Below are positions 10,721-21,510 of a stretch of 34,077 nt of DNA, piece by piece. The stretch is from Octopus sinensis. Its lineage: Eukaryota. The notes beneath the pieces are model-generated. The model did not search any database and was not told the DNA's origin. It worked only from the letters and a program-made list of their open reading frames with translations. The position numbers and the translations under genes are program-made. The stretch's first letter is position 1. Each line of letters begins with the position of its first letter. The DNA lies in assembly GCF_006345805.1 (NCBI RefSeq), contig NW_021831882.1, positions 1-34,077 on the forward strand. The letters run 5' to 3'.

Positions 10721-11610
10721 GTGAGTAGATCCCATCTCTGGAAACCCCATGACATACTCAGATTGTTGAAAAAATCGATAATAAGGCCCTTGGAAGGGAT
10801 CCTTATAAATATCTAATATATTATATTTTAAAAGCCAAGGGAACTAACCCATTCACCCCTTGAAGAGATTCTTATATATAGCCAAGGGAAATAACCCATT
10901 CATTTTCCTAAATTATTTGGTTAAAATAAAATTGAGTATGCTTATTTCTTAGTATTTGCACTCTTAGAATTATTTTCGCAATTTATGCAGTACAACCCTT
11001 AAACAAGTAAATAGTATTTTCCTAAACAATAGATCCACTTATTTCGGTTAGTGATTTATTTACGAATATACCAACACTAGCGCAGCTGAGGGTAATATTC
11101 TTTGGAAACGTACAAAAGCTTATTTCAGGGTTATTTACTTTGAATTGTTATTATCTCATATCTGATTAGCCTGTTATCACGTAACATGCTTCACGATTTT
11201 AGTATACATACCTTATTAGTATTTCCTCCTGTGTTCTATATAATCTGAGAACGCATTGAAGCCGTTTTCGGGGCTACTTTATTTGAATACTACTATCGGA
11301 TAACTAATTTCGTGTTATTACATAACTGATTTCATAATTTGGGTACTCATAACTTATTGAGAATTTCTACAAGATCCTGTGTAAGACAGTTCGGTATTCT
11401 CTGTACATGCACAAAAACCGTTTCAAAGGCTACATACTTTATATTGTTGTTATTGGATTAGCGAAACAATTAAAAGAACGGAACCAAGGGATAAAACCCG
11501 TTTTCCCGGGAATTACCGAGTATGTCAGTTAGTATATATATATATATATATAATATATTATATATATATATTATATATATATATATATTATACATACATT
11601 TGTATTCGTA

Positions 11611-11959
11611 GCACTCCGTCGGTTACGATCAACAGAACAGCCTGCTCATGAAATTTACGTGTAAGTGGCTGAGCACTCCACAAATACGTGTACCCTTAAC
11701 GTAGTTCTTTGGGAGATTCAGCGTGGCACAGATTGTGACAAGATTGGCTCTTTGAAATAAAGTTACAACAGAAACGAAGAAAGAGAGAGAGAAAGTTGTG
11801 GTGTAAGAATACAGCAGGATACCCCCCTCCACCTGCCGGAACCTCGTGGATCTTTAAGTGTTTTCACTCAATAAATACTCACAACACCCGGTCTGAGAAT
11901 CGAAATCGCAATCCTATGACTGCGAGTTCGCTACCCTAACCACTGGGCCATTGCGCCTC
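11611..11959 (-). mobile_element. Near full-length SINE family A
   Basis: Reverse complement of the 192-573 copy along its length, with a short deletion in the tail; no TSD seen. Confidence 0.92.
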
Positions 11960-12380
11960 TCTCTCTCACACACACATATATGAGAAAAAGAAGAAAATAG
12001 AGAAATTGACATCTAGACAGTTTATTCAAATCAATATATGAAATTCTTATCCCTACAGCTGTCTCCATAGTTAATTAATTCAATTAAATAAATTAAATTA
12101 ATCTAATTTAAATTGTTCATACTGAAATTGGTTAATTGGGTATTTCATCAGGTGAGAATTTACCGGAAAGGCGTTACATTCCAACGTGTTGGTCGACCCT
12201 TGACAAATTCAGATGTGTGCGTTTTGGCAATGTATGTATTTCGTATTATATTGATTTGAATATCTTTGAATAAACTCATGTCTATTGTCAATTTCTCCTT
12301 TTTTTTCTCTTTTTCCCATTCATAAATGATTTTAACACCCATATCCATCAATGCAAAACTAACGTATTTCGTTTTCTTAC

Positions 12381-12420
12381 GGAACGCTGGTAAAACTGGA
12401 GAACTAAGATGCAAACATCC
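12381..12420 (-). other. Candidate 40-nt exon
   Basis: Minus strand: CCTATAACCCTTTCAG|GGATG...GTTCC|GTAAGA; open in two phases. No homology recognised. Confidence 0.2.
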
Positions 12421-12467
12421 CTGAAAGGGTTATAGGCCCTTGAAATAATTAAATTTATATATATATA

Positions 12468-12890
12468 TATATTTCGATAGGTGAATGAATTATCCTATGT
12501 TTACCGTCAACATGGAAAATTCGATGAACCCCCACCCCATCCTGATTACCTTTCCTCCTCCCACCTCCTTTCAGCACCTTCTCCCCCTCCCAATGCTGCA
12601 TAAAACAACAAATACATCAACCAACCTTTACTATTTCTGTGTCTTCTGTAGCAAATTCACGTCAGAAAAACGGTTGAAGCGACCTATCCAAGCGTAGAAA
12701 CTCCGGGTTCATGTGCAGAAATTTGTGTGTTATATATGAATAAATAAATAAATGGAGTTGAACGAAGATGTTAACAAAATTCCTTTACTCTCGACATATG
12801 TTTCGAAGACAACATGGTTTTATTCCGGTGCAAGATGCGATCTTCTCATCAAGAAAGAAAGGGAGCCTCTCTCAACAACAAGACAAAACA
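12468..12890. mobile_element. Penelope-like terminal-repeat composite with halves in opposite orientation
   Basis: Shares both segments with 8069-8195 but in inverted relative orientation; contains a hammerhead on the minus strand; TTCGAAGACAACATGGTTTTATTCC also occurs reversed at 13835-13859. Confidence 0.65.
12788..12857 (-). ncRNA. Type I hammerhead ribozyme (C3U variant)
   Basis: Minus strand: CUUUC-UUGAUGA-GAAGA-(31 nt)-UCUUC-GAAAC-AUAU-GUC-GAGAG. Stems I, II and III all pair and the GUC cleavage triplet is present. Confidence 0.75.
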
Positions 12891-13576
12891 ATAATTGCGA
12901 TGACTGCCTACATGGTAAACAAAACGATAATAAGTGTTTTAAAAAAAACCGTTAGTAGAATTGACGTCAAAGTTAGATAGTAGGAAGAGAAGGGTTAAAG
13001 GAATAATCAGTTGGGAACAAATACAGAGGGAGGGGTACGTTGATTAAAAGAATGTTCAAAGGCTTATGAAAGAATTTCTCTATTGAAGTGAAGTGCACGT
13101 TAAACTAATAGTTCAAACTATAATGACTATCGAAATCATTTATATGAGTAAAAAGTATGTTTCTGCCAGTGTTTACATTTGTACGATTTTTCTATAAGTG
13201 TGTTTACAAGGGGATCCTTAGAGAAGAGAATATGGAAGAGTTCAGAGTTGCAAATGTTACAAAATCTCCTGCCCTTATCAAAAGGAAAGGATACAGACAG
13301 TATGAACCAATCTAACTTAAAATATATATTATTGTCTTTAAGACGCCAAACTAATTTACTTAGCCCTGTACTATGTCGTTTTTTACTATCCCTAAATGAT
13401 GAATAATGGTTTGAAATTCTCTTGGATAACTGGGAAGTGGACGCACCTATATAGAAGAAGGCATCGGTACCGGAAAAAATTTTACACTGGTAAATAGAAT
13501 TCTTAATCTAAGAATTATTAGACAAAAATTTAATTCTGTCGGGGTTGTCCTCCGAGATCGGAACGATTTTTTTATT

Positions 13577-13812
13577 GCTATGATTGTTGTTACTATCATT
13601 ATTACCACCACCAACAACACTATTCCTATTATTATTAGTATTATTATTGGTAATACAACTAATAATACCATCAACAATAGTACGGTTATTGTTATTATTA
13701 TTATTATTATTATTAACATTACCGTTGTTATTAAAACGACTATTACTATTAATATTATCATTGTTATCGCTATCACTATTACCATTACTATTATTATTAA
13801 TACTATTCTTAT
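13577..13812. repeat. Degenerate (ATT)n/(ACC)/(AAC) trinucleotide field
   Basis: Direct inspection; explains the Ile/Leu-rich ORFs. Confidence 0.93.
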
Positions 13813-13884
13813 TATTGTAATTGTATGAGGGGTTGGAATAAAACCATGTTGTCTTCGAATTAGATCAGTAATTTTCTGTAGAAG

Positions 13885-14085
13885 TAAGATTGTGGTTTCG
13901 ATTCCTGGCCCGGGTGACGCGTTGTGTTCTTGAGCAAAACACTTCATTTCACGTTGCTCCAGTCCACTCAGCTGGCAAAAATGAGTAACGCTGCGATGGA
14001 CTGGCGTCCCGTCCAAATGGGGAACACACGCCATAGAAACCGGGAAACCGGGCCCATAAGCCTGAATAGGCTTTAAAAGGGCGCA
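13885..14085 (+). mobile_element. CORE-like SINE, 5'-truncated, with distinct tail
   Basis: Box B GGTTTCGATTCC, then GTTCTTGAGCAAAACACTTCATTTCAC...CCACTCAGCTGGCAAAAATGAGT; homologous to 18343-18600. Confidence 0.8.
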
Positions 14086-14090
14086 TTTAT

Positions 14091-14121
14091 TACATATATA
14101 TATATATAATATATAATATAT

Positions 14122-14207
<86 letters not shown>

Positions 14208-14290
14208 GTGTGTGTGTATATATGTGCACACACACACACACACAAACTCACACATAATCACATACATATGTATGTATTATTCTCATACAT
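14091..14290. repeat. (TA)n/(TG)/(CA) microsatellite
   Basis: Direct inspection. Confidence 0.95.
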
Positions 14291-14789
14291 ATTTTGTATG
14301 GCTTACATACTATTTTATGCTCGATGCATTTATCTTTAAATACATGTGTGCGTACATGCGCTCGCACGTGTTTCTGTAAGTACGCATACATGCTTAACTG
14401 TATCCATGCACATTTCACAAAATTTTTTCAAAACCTTTTCCATATTTGCACGCGTGTCTCCATGCGTTTATGCGCCGATATATACCTGTCTATATCTGTG
14501 TAGCCAGGTGTGCGTTTTTGACAATGTGCATGTGCGTGTCTGAGGGCGTGTGTCTGCCTGTGAGGTCGCGTGCTTTTGCTTATTTGTCTACTTTAGTGTG
14601 TAATTTATCTTCCATTCTTACATAAACTTGTTACATACACTTGAATTCAATCTAATGTATTTCCGTCTGGTTTTACCCTGAAACACCTGTGATTTCATTC
14701 ATTGATTTTAATCTAGATAAAAAGCGCGGCGTTTCCTTCTTCGTATAGTTTCTCTTCCCTCCATTCACCAGTGATTATGTGTGTACGTG

Positions 14790-14914
14790 AACATGTATAT
14801 ATAAATACATACATATGCAAATATATAATATATAAACGTGCGGGTACATATATGTGTGTATGTATACACTTGCATACCTGTAAGAATGGAAGTATGTATA
14901 GATATATACATACA

Positions 14915-14963
<49 letters not shown>

Positions 14964-15090
14964 TGCTTATCTTTCTACATGTATATGTATATATATATAT
15001 ATATATTATATATATATATATATATACGTACATGTATACATATATACTTAAATTCATACATGTATACACGTTCATACATACATTTATGTA
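14790..15090. repeat. Degenerate (TA)/(CATA) microsatellite
   Basis: Direct inspection. Confidence 0.92.
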
Positions 15091-15104
15091 AATACGCGTT
15101 TGTT

Positions 15105-16401
15105 CGAAGTCTGTAAATGAAGTAATGAGACTAGTCTCATTGCGTTTGATCTGGAAACACTGCAAGGTTCCCATTCACGGTGTTGCCACATCAATGTTTC
15201 CTATAACTTCAGTTCAAGCAACAACCACGTGCCGTTAACAGGTGTTCTGTGAATGCACGTTTTGCAAAATGATCTTCTTTTGTGTGTCCTGAAATTGAGC
15301 GAGCACAGACACGAGCAAGGCTCTGCGATCACGTTTCGTTTCAAATTCGGACAAAATGCCGCTGAAACTTCAAACAAGCTTACCGGGAGACTGCCTTATC
15401 AAGAGTACAAGTTTTCAGAGAGTTCGAAACCTTTTTAGTTTAGAAGGCCGAAAATCCGTTCAAAATATTCCTCGGTCAGGAAGGCCATCAACTTCAAGAA
15501 ATGACAATGTGGAAAGAATCAAAGACCTCGTGCGATTTTTCCGCCTGTTAATCATCAGATTCATTGCTAAGAAACTGAATTTGACCCATACTACTGTTCA
15601 CATGTTTTGTCCAATGAACTGGGAATAAGGAAAATCTCTGCGAAATTTGTCGCCCCAAATTTCACTCCTGAGCAAGAAGATAACAGAAAGGAAGTGTACT
15701 AAGATCTCCTGGAACGAATTGAAAATTACCAAGATTTTCTAACAAACATCATTTCGGGTGATGAATCATGAGTTTTTGAGTATGACCAAGGGATAAAACG
15801 CCAAAGTCTGGAGCGGCAGACTGCAAACTCACCGAGGCCGAAAATTGCGAGAGTGAGCAAATCGAAAATCAAAACCATGTTCATTTGCGTTTTTGACACC
15901 AATGGAGTCGTTCATAAAGAATTCGTGCTTCAAGCACAGACATCAATCAGCATTTTTACCACGAGGTTCTTGAAAGGCTACGAAAACGGGTTGCTTGCGT
16001 GAGGCCAAACATCAAAGACACCTGGATGCTGCATCACGACAATGCATCTTGTCACACGGCACTTTCGATTACAGAGTTTTGGGCATAACAATTCATCCCT
16101 GTTGTCCCTCAGCCCCCTTATTCGCCTGACCTGGATCCATGTGGCTTCTATCTCTTCTCGAGACTGAAAATTCACCTCATTTTATCAAAGTTTTGGCTTG
16201 TTAGAAAACACACAAAAAAAGGGCTGCAACCGACCAGCGTATGGCTGAGTTCCAGCACTGCTGTGAAGAGTGGTAAAAACATCTTTGGTGTTGTTTGGCT
16301 TCCCAAAGGAACTATTTTGGAGGAGATAGAGTTGATTTATAGCTTAGTTATAAATAAAAGTGCCTACTGAAAAAGTCTCATTATTTTATTTACAGACCTC
16401 G
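15105..16401 (+). mobile_element. Full-length inactive mariner DNA transposon (1297 bp)
   Basis: 28 bp TIRs at 15105-15132 and 16374-16401 (25/28 match); TA retained on the right. Frameshifted transposase with RSGRP, GDES*VFEYD, HHDNA and YSPDLDPCGF motifs; the third catalytic Asp reads Gly. Confidence 0.96.
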
Positions 16402-16473
16402 TATATTACGTATTTGCATATGTATCTGTTTATACATACATGCTCACATACAGTTGTATCCTCCGTCTCCAAA

Positions 16474-16672
16474 TGTGGTGGTTCCGCCACGATATTGTGA
16501 CTGATAGTTTAGATACACTGTACCAGTGTAGTAACAGTAAACAAGATAACGACGCAGCCGTAATAACAACGTAACGATCCAATAATCTCTTCACGAACAA
16601 ACATTCAATATTCCAAACGAACTAACCGACCGACACCTTCCGACTTCACTGCGAACTCAACTCGAACTAACA
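16474..16672 (-). mobile_element. Partial LTR (probable R-U5) of a Gypsy-like element, with PBS at 16471-16458
   Basis: Minus strand starts TGTTAGTTCG and ends ACCACA, followed by TT-TGGAGACGGAGGAT, a two-edit match to the tRNA-Ser(GCU) PBS TGGCGACGAGGAT. Confidence 0.55.
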
Positions 16673-17604
16673 CCTTTTCTTTATTTGGCACTACGACCAT
16701 AACACAGAGGGGTCAGCACAAGGGCAGACAAAACGCCACAATAAGGACAAAAACATAAAACGAATGAAAGATGAATATAAAATAATAAAAATAATTGGTG
16801 ATGAAATGGCTGCATTGAGCCCCACTCTCAAGTAGTACCATTTAACCGTTAAATCATATAATCTTTAAAAAGTTTTTCTTCTCTCTTTTTTTTCCTTTTT
16901 GCATCACTTTTTTAAAGTCAAATTTCTCTTTCTTTTCCTTTTTAATAAATGTCTCTATTGTAGTTAATCAAGGGTTTCAAATCCTCGTACTCCACTACTG
17001 ATGGTAAATCGTCGAATTCTATCTCTTCACCCAAAGAACAGTTCCTTCAGTCTACCGTATCTCTCTTTATCAATCACTATTCCCTTGATGTATTCTGGAT
17101 ATTACCCTGGTGGCAACCTAATTCTTATGACATATTTCAACTTTGTTATCTTCCGCTCGATAGCAGTGCTTTCAACGTATGTGACTATGTGTCACTTTTT
17201 CTTTTTAACATTTGTTTGTTTCAGCGATGGACCTGGGCTGTCCGAGCGAGTCATTTTTCTTGGTTCCTCTGTTGGTACACTAAAAATCCTCCACGTTTAT
17301 GTCCTCCGTTACGTGTTGCAATGCTGTTTCTGCTTCCGCGTTACTTTCTATTGTTGATGCTGCTGTTGGTGCATCCAACCAGCTCCTTGTCACCTCTTCT
17401 ATCTTCATCCTTTTCTGGCTCTCTGATAGAGAGCTTATACACTTTCCTTTTCCTCCTATTCACCGCAGGGAATAATTCGTCTTTGGCTTTCTCTCTTTCC
17501 GGCACTGCCACTTCGGCAGTTTGTCCTTCACATTATTGCTTCTACTCCTCCTCTTTGTTTTCTTGCTGGGGGCATCTTGCTTTCATGTGCCTCTTTTGTC
17601 CGCA

Positions 17605-17606
<2 letters not shown>
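16673..17606 (-). mobile_element. Non-LTR retrotransposon remnant with gag-like zinc knuckle (L1/Tx1-like suspected)
   Basis: [12 protein letters not shown] at 17604-17569 (C-X4-H-X4-C; first Cys lost to the microsatellite), Lys/Glu-rich ORF1-like peptide with stops, T-rich 3' UTR and AATAAA at 16685-16680. Confidence 0.55.
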
Positions 17607-17657
<51 letters not shown>

Positions 17658-17680
17658 CTATCTATCTATCTATCTATCTA

Positions 17681-17750
<70 letters not shown>

Positions 17751-17761
17751 ATATATATCTA

Positions 17762-17850
<89 letters not shown>

Positions 17851-17895
17851 ATGTATGTATGTATGTATGAGTATGAGTATATGTATATCTATGTG

Positions 17896-17932
<37 letters not shown>
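17606..17932. repeat. (CTAT)n(TA)n(GTAT)(GT)n compound microsatellite
   Basis: Direct inspection. Confidence 0.97.
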
Positions 17933-18342
17933 ACAGACAGGGAAATAGCTGTATGTGATTTAATTGCAAATGAAAAAGTGCCGATGTCATAAGTCTCAAA
18001 GGGTGAATAATATGAATCAGCATAATTGATTTAAAGGCTGATATAGTGAATGCCGGTTCGCTAAAACTTTCTAATTAATGGAAATATCTCAATTGTTAGT
18101 ACTTTCAAATAAAAAGGGCACTAACTTTAAAACTTGCAGGTGTAATCTTATGTTAATAACAAACATGGCTGAAGAGAAGAAAGCCTAATTTTTCTTTGCA
18201 GCTAACGGACAACTACCGAGTAGTTTCCGTCTATTCGCTCTCATGAGATAGCCTAGTCTAGCTAACCTTGTGACTGGTTCGCATAAATAATTAAATATAT
18301 AAATAGTTGTGCACGATTTTTGGCCAGTATAATAGGTGTTGT

Positions 18343-18600
18343 GGAGATGCATGGCTTGGTAGTTAGGATGAGTGAGTATTAATGGTCGCAAGATTGTGGT
18401 TACGATTCCTGGAGCGGGTGATTCATTGTGTTCTTAAGCCAAACACTGCATTTCAATTTGCCCCAGTACACTCAGCTTGTAAACATGAAAAATCCTGCGA
18501 AGGAGCGGTGTCCTGTCCAGGCTGGGGAATATATGACACAGAATCCAGGTAACCGGTCTTATGAATCTATGGCTCGATAAGGGCCTTTGAGTTTTTTTTT
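18343..18600 (+). mobile_element. CORE-like SINE, diverged
   Basis: tRNA-like head GGAGATGCATGGCTTGGTAGTTAGG, box B, CORE-like block and tail alignable to 13885-14085. Confidence 0.75.
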
Positions 18601-18635
18601 TATGATGTGCACTAATAATTTACTTTATAACGTCA

Positions 18636-18775
18636 GACAAAATGGCTCTCTAAGTTCTGTATTCAAATGCCACGGTGGTCAACTTTGCATTTCATCCCTC
18701 CGAGGTCAATAAAGTAAAGTATCGATCACATATTCAGGTCGACGTCTAACTCCTCATTCAAACTGCTAACTTTTT
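18636..18775 (+). mobile_element. SINE family C, degraded
   Basis: CAACTTTGCATTTCATCCCTCCGAGGTCAATAAA core. Confidence 0.65.
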
Positions 18776-19972
18776 GTGTAAAGTAAAAACATGTGTTAGT
18801 TAGCACAAAATCCCACAGCAAATGTTACCAACTCCTTAAGAAAAGTGACAATATTTTCAATGTTGGGAATTCATCTCTGAAAGTTAACTCATATTTAGGT
18901 TATGTTTACTTGGTTATTTGAGATTTTCTAATTGAGTCATTGGCATTGCTACTGTGTTGTTTTTGTTTTGTATTCCGACACCGCATAGGAGTGGTCGAAA
19001 TACCATCCAAAAATCTCACTATGTTGGAACCGGAAGAAATAAAAGTAAAAGTTAGTTTCTGACGCCTATTGCATGGCGCCTACATGTTATGGTCTATCTA
19101 ATCTAGAATGGACCATTTAGAGTTTAATCCGCAAAACGATTCAAGGCACCAGTGTTTCTAGTGCCAAACCAACTGAGCTTAATAGAGGGAGGACCGGCCC
19201 CACTGTTGCTGGCAATCCTAGACAACCTGAATTTTAAAAAATCTTTTATCTGTGGGCGTAGCGGATGACAGGGTTCATGACCAATTACAGGGCCTCCGAG
19301 GCTGGTGATAGGGGGAAAGGTATCTTCGAGCAAGAGCCATGATCAGAATGCTATCAACAGAGAGCATTCTGTTAAAAGCACCCAATATGTGTAGTATTAA
19401 ACCGGGTTACAGATAATGACGACTGCTCATTGCGGAATTTGAACCCTAAACGCAAATATTCAGAACACTGTTATAATGCGTCCAATCCGACGTTCCAATA
19501 GCTCTGCCAGGTATTTCACCAGGTACTTTTTTCTATATCTACACGATCTCGGTGCTATATGAACTTAGAAAGTAGACAGATACTCGGAACAAAATTTACA
19601 TGGCATTCTTATCCAACATTCAGACAACTGTTCCTATTCGAAGCCCTTACAACAAAATATTTTAAAGTCTTCACTAGAAAAATAAAACCTGTGGATGTAT
19701 CAGTGAAGTGTTTATTATAATTTATTGAATGTGGACATAAAGCGTTTATTTCATATATTCATTCATTTAAATCTTCCCCTTTTATTTTGAAACTTCGGAC
19801 GACTGCTCGATTTGGTGGTATTTTCATCTCGCCTTCTATAGGAGAAATAGAGTGAAGTGGAAAGAGAAGTTTACCAGGTGACTTCCGCTTCAAGAGAGGA
19901 AAAAGATGCTCATATATATGTATGTGTATGTATATATATATATATATACACGCACATACATACACACATTTA

Positions 19973-20003
<31 letters not shown>

Positions 20004-20384
20004 AACGAAAATCTTCGTCCCCTAAACGAGGTTAAAGTTTAAGTAGCGTTAATCGACATGTTATCAGCTAAAGTTAGGGAGATGAAAATGTCACGTTAAC
20101 TTAAGTATATACACCACCCATCGATTGGTTTAAGACGGCTGACATCTTTCATGTGCGATAGTTTCTTCTTGTCCTCAAGAAAACAATAAACAGGCTCTTA
20201 ATTTTTTTCTTTTGTTAATATTCTCAACTTTTGACTTTTAATTGTAACCTGCAAGGGTGAAATACTTCAAAAGAAAACTACGAGAAACAAAGTTAATACA
20301 CGTGATTTCACACAAACAAATGGGAAGACTTTATAGATCTTCGACAAAAAAATGTTTTCTTAAAATTATCGTTTGGATTATTTC

Positions 20385-20607
20385 AAGGCGGCGAGCCGGC
20401 AGAATAGTTAGCACGCTGGACAAAATCCTTAGTGGTAATTCGCTCGTGGCTACGTTGTGAGTTCAATTTCTGCCGAGGTCGACTTTGCCTTTCATCCTTT
20501 CAGTGTCGATAAGATTAAGTACCAGTGAAGTACGAGGGTCGATGTAAACGACTAGTCCCCTCCCCGAAAATTTCATGCCTTAGGCCTATAGTATAAAGGA
20601 TTATTAT
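20385..20607 (+). mobile_element. Full-length monomeric SINE family C
   Basis: Head, box B, GTCGACTTTGCCTTTCATCCTTT core and the canonical CCCCTCCCCGAAAATTTC...GCCT tail ending in (TTA). Confidence 0.9.
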
Positions 20608-20656
20608 TTGTAAATTAAACAAGAGTGCCTTACTGACTGAATCAATCTGTGTTTTA

Positions 20657-21342
20657 TTATGTTGAGTCAAAAGCTTTGCAATATTTTGATAACTCATTTC
20701 CTTTATTCGTCATGTTACTACAAAAACAGCCTAGCAAGAATGTAGAGGCCATATAAGGCGGAGAGCTGGCAGAAACGTTAGCACGTCGGGCGAAATGCTT
20801 AGCGGTATTTCGTCTGCCGCTACGTTCTGAGTTCAAATTTCGCCGAGGTCGATTTGCCTTTCATCCTTACGGGGTCGATTAAATTAGTACCAGTTACGCA
20901 CTGGGGTAGATATAATCGACTTAATCCGTTTGTGTGTCCTTGTTTGTCCAGTCTATGTTTAGTCCCTTGTGGGTAGTAAAAAAAGATAGGTATTTCGTCT
21001 GCCGCTACGTTCTGAGTTCAAACTCCGCTGAGGACAACTTTGCCTTTCATCCTTTTTCGATAAATTAAGTACCAGTTGCATATTGTGGTTGGTCTAATCG
21101 ACTGGCCTCCTCCTAAAAAATTTCGGGCCTTGTTCCTAGAGTATGAAAGAATAATGTAGAGGCCATCGTGTTGCACCGTCTGAAGTCACTTTTCTGCCAG
21201 TTCTTCGACATCCATTCTGATACTAGTTCTGGTCCTTCGAAGCAAAGAACTCCTTCACTGAAGCTTCCACCTCTTCTTGGTTGATGTTGTGTCGCAGGAA
21301 GTGAGACATGGATCGGAACAAGTAATAATTCGAGGGAGATGC
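20657..21342 (-). mobile_element. Mariner 3' remnant with TIR, interrupted by SINE 20753-21152
   Basis: ASPSNYYLFRSMSHFLR...VKEFFASKDQN*YQNG / EELAEK*LQTVQHDGLY; TA at 20655-20656 plus TTATGTTGAGTCAAAAGCTTTGC resembling Hsmar1-type TIRs. Confidence 0.85.
20753..21152 (+). mobile_element. Dimeric SINE family C insertion with 14 bp TSD
   Basis: Head, then a 185 bp unit starting GTATTTCGTC (20805), a second start at 20990 and the canonical tail; AATGTAGAGGCCAT at 20739-20752 and 21153-21166. Confidence 0.92.
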
Positions 21343-21357
21343 TTTTCCGTAATCCCA

Positions 21358-21510
21358 ACGTGTATAATCAGTGGTTAAGCAAGGAATAACTTCCGGAAGC
21401 TGTCACCAAATATGGGCGTTTCGAAAATAAGGTGATGTTCTACGTCTGTTGGAATTGTGGGGGAATATTTCAGTACGAGTTCGTTCCAGATGCCAACCTG
21501 TTCTTCGAAC
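21358..21510 (+). mobile_element. Mariner catalytic-domain fragment, opposite strand to the adjacent 3' remnant
   Basis: QWLSKE*LPEAVTKYGRFENKVMFYVCWNCGGIFQYEFVPD resembles the KVMLCVWWD..G..YELL block of mariner transposases. Confidence 0.75.

Noticed and set aside
12670-12712. Possible second hammerhead TTGAAGC...GAAACTCCGG
   Set aside because: Core and stem II are too degenerate to support.
13179-13406. Peptide vaguely like the RT N-terminal block (EEFRVANVT, LLPLSKGKD)
   Set aside because: No NYRPI or later RT motifs recoverable by eye.
13447-14034. 195 aa hydrophobic ORF that looks like a multi-pass membrane protein
   Set aside because: Antisense SINE plus (ATT)n repeat; the Ile/Val/Leu runs are repeat artefacts.
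17189-17992. Longest ORF in the track (267 aa)
   Set aside because: Antisense to the purine-rich LINE relic, then microsatellite; no domain.
19120-19340. GC-richer island with short ORFs on both strands
   Set aside because: No recognisable protein, usable splice pair or terminal repeats; probably an unidentified old repeat.
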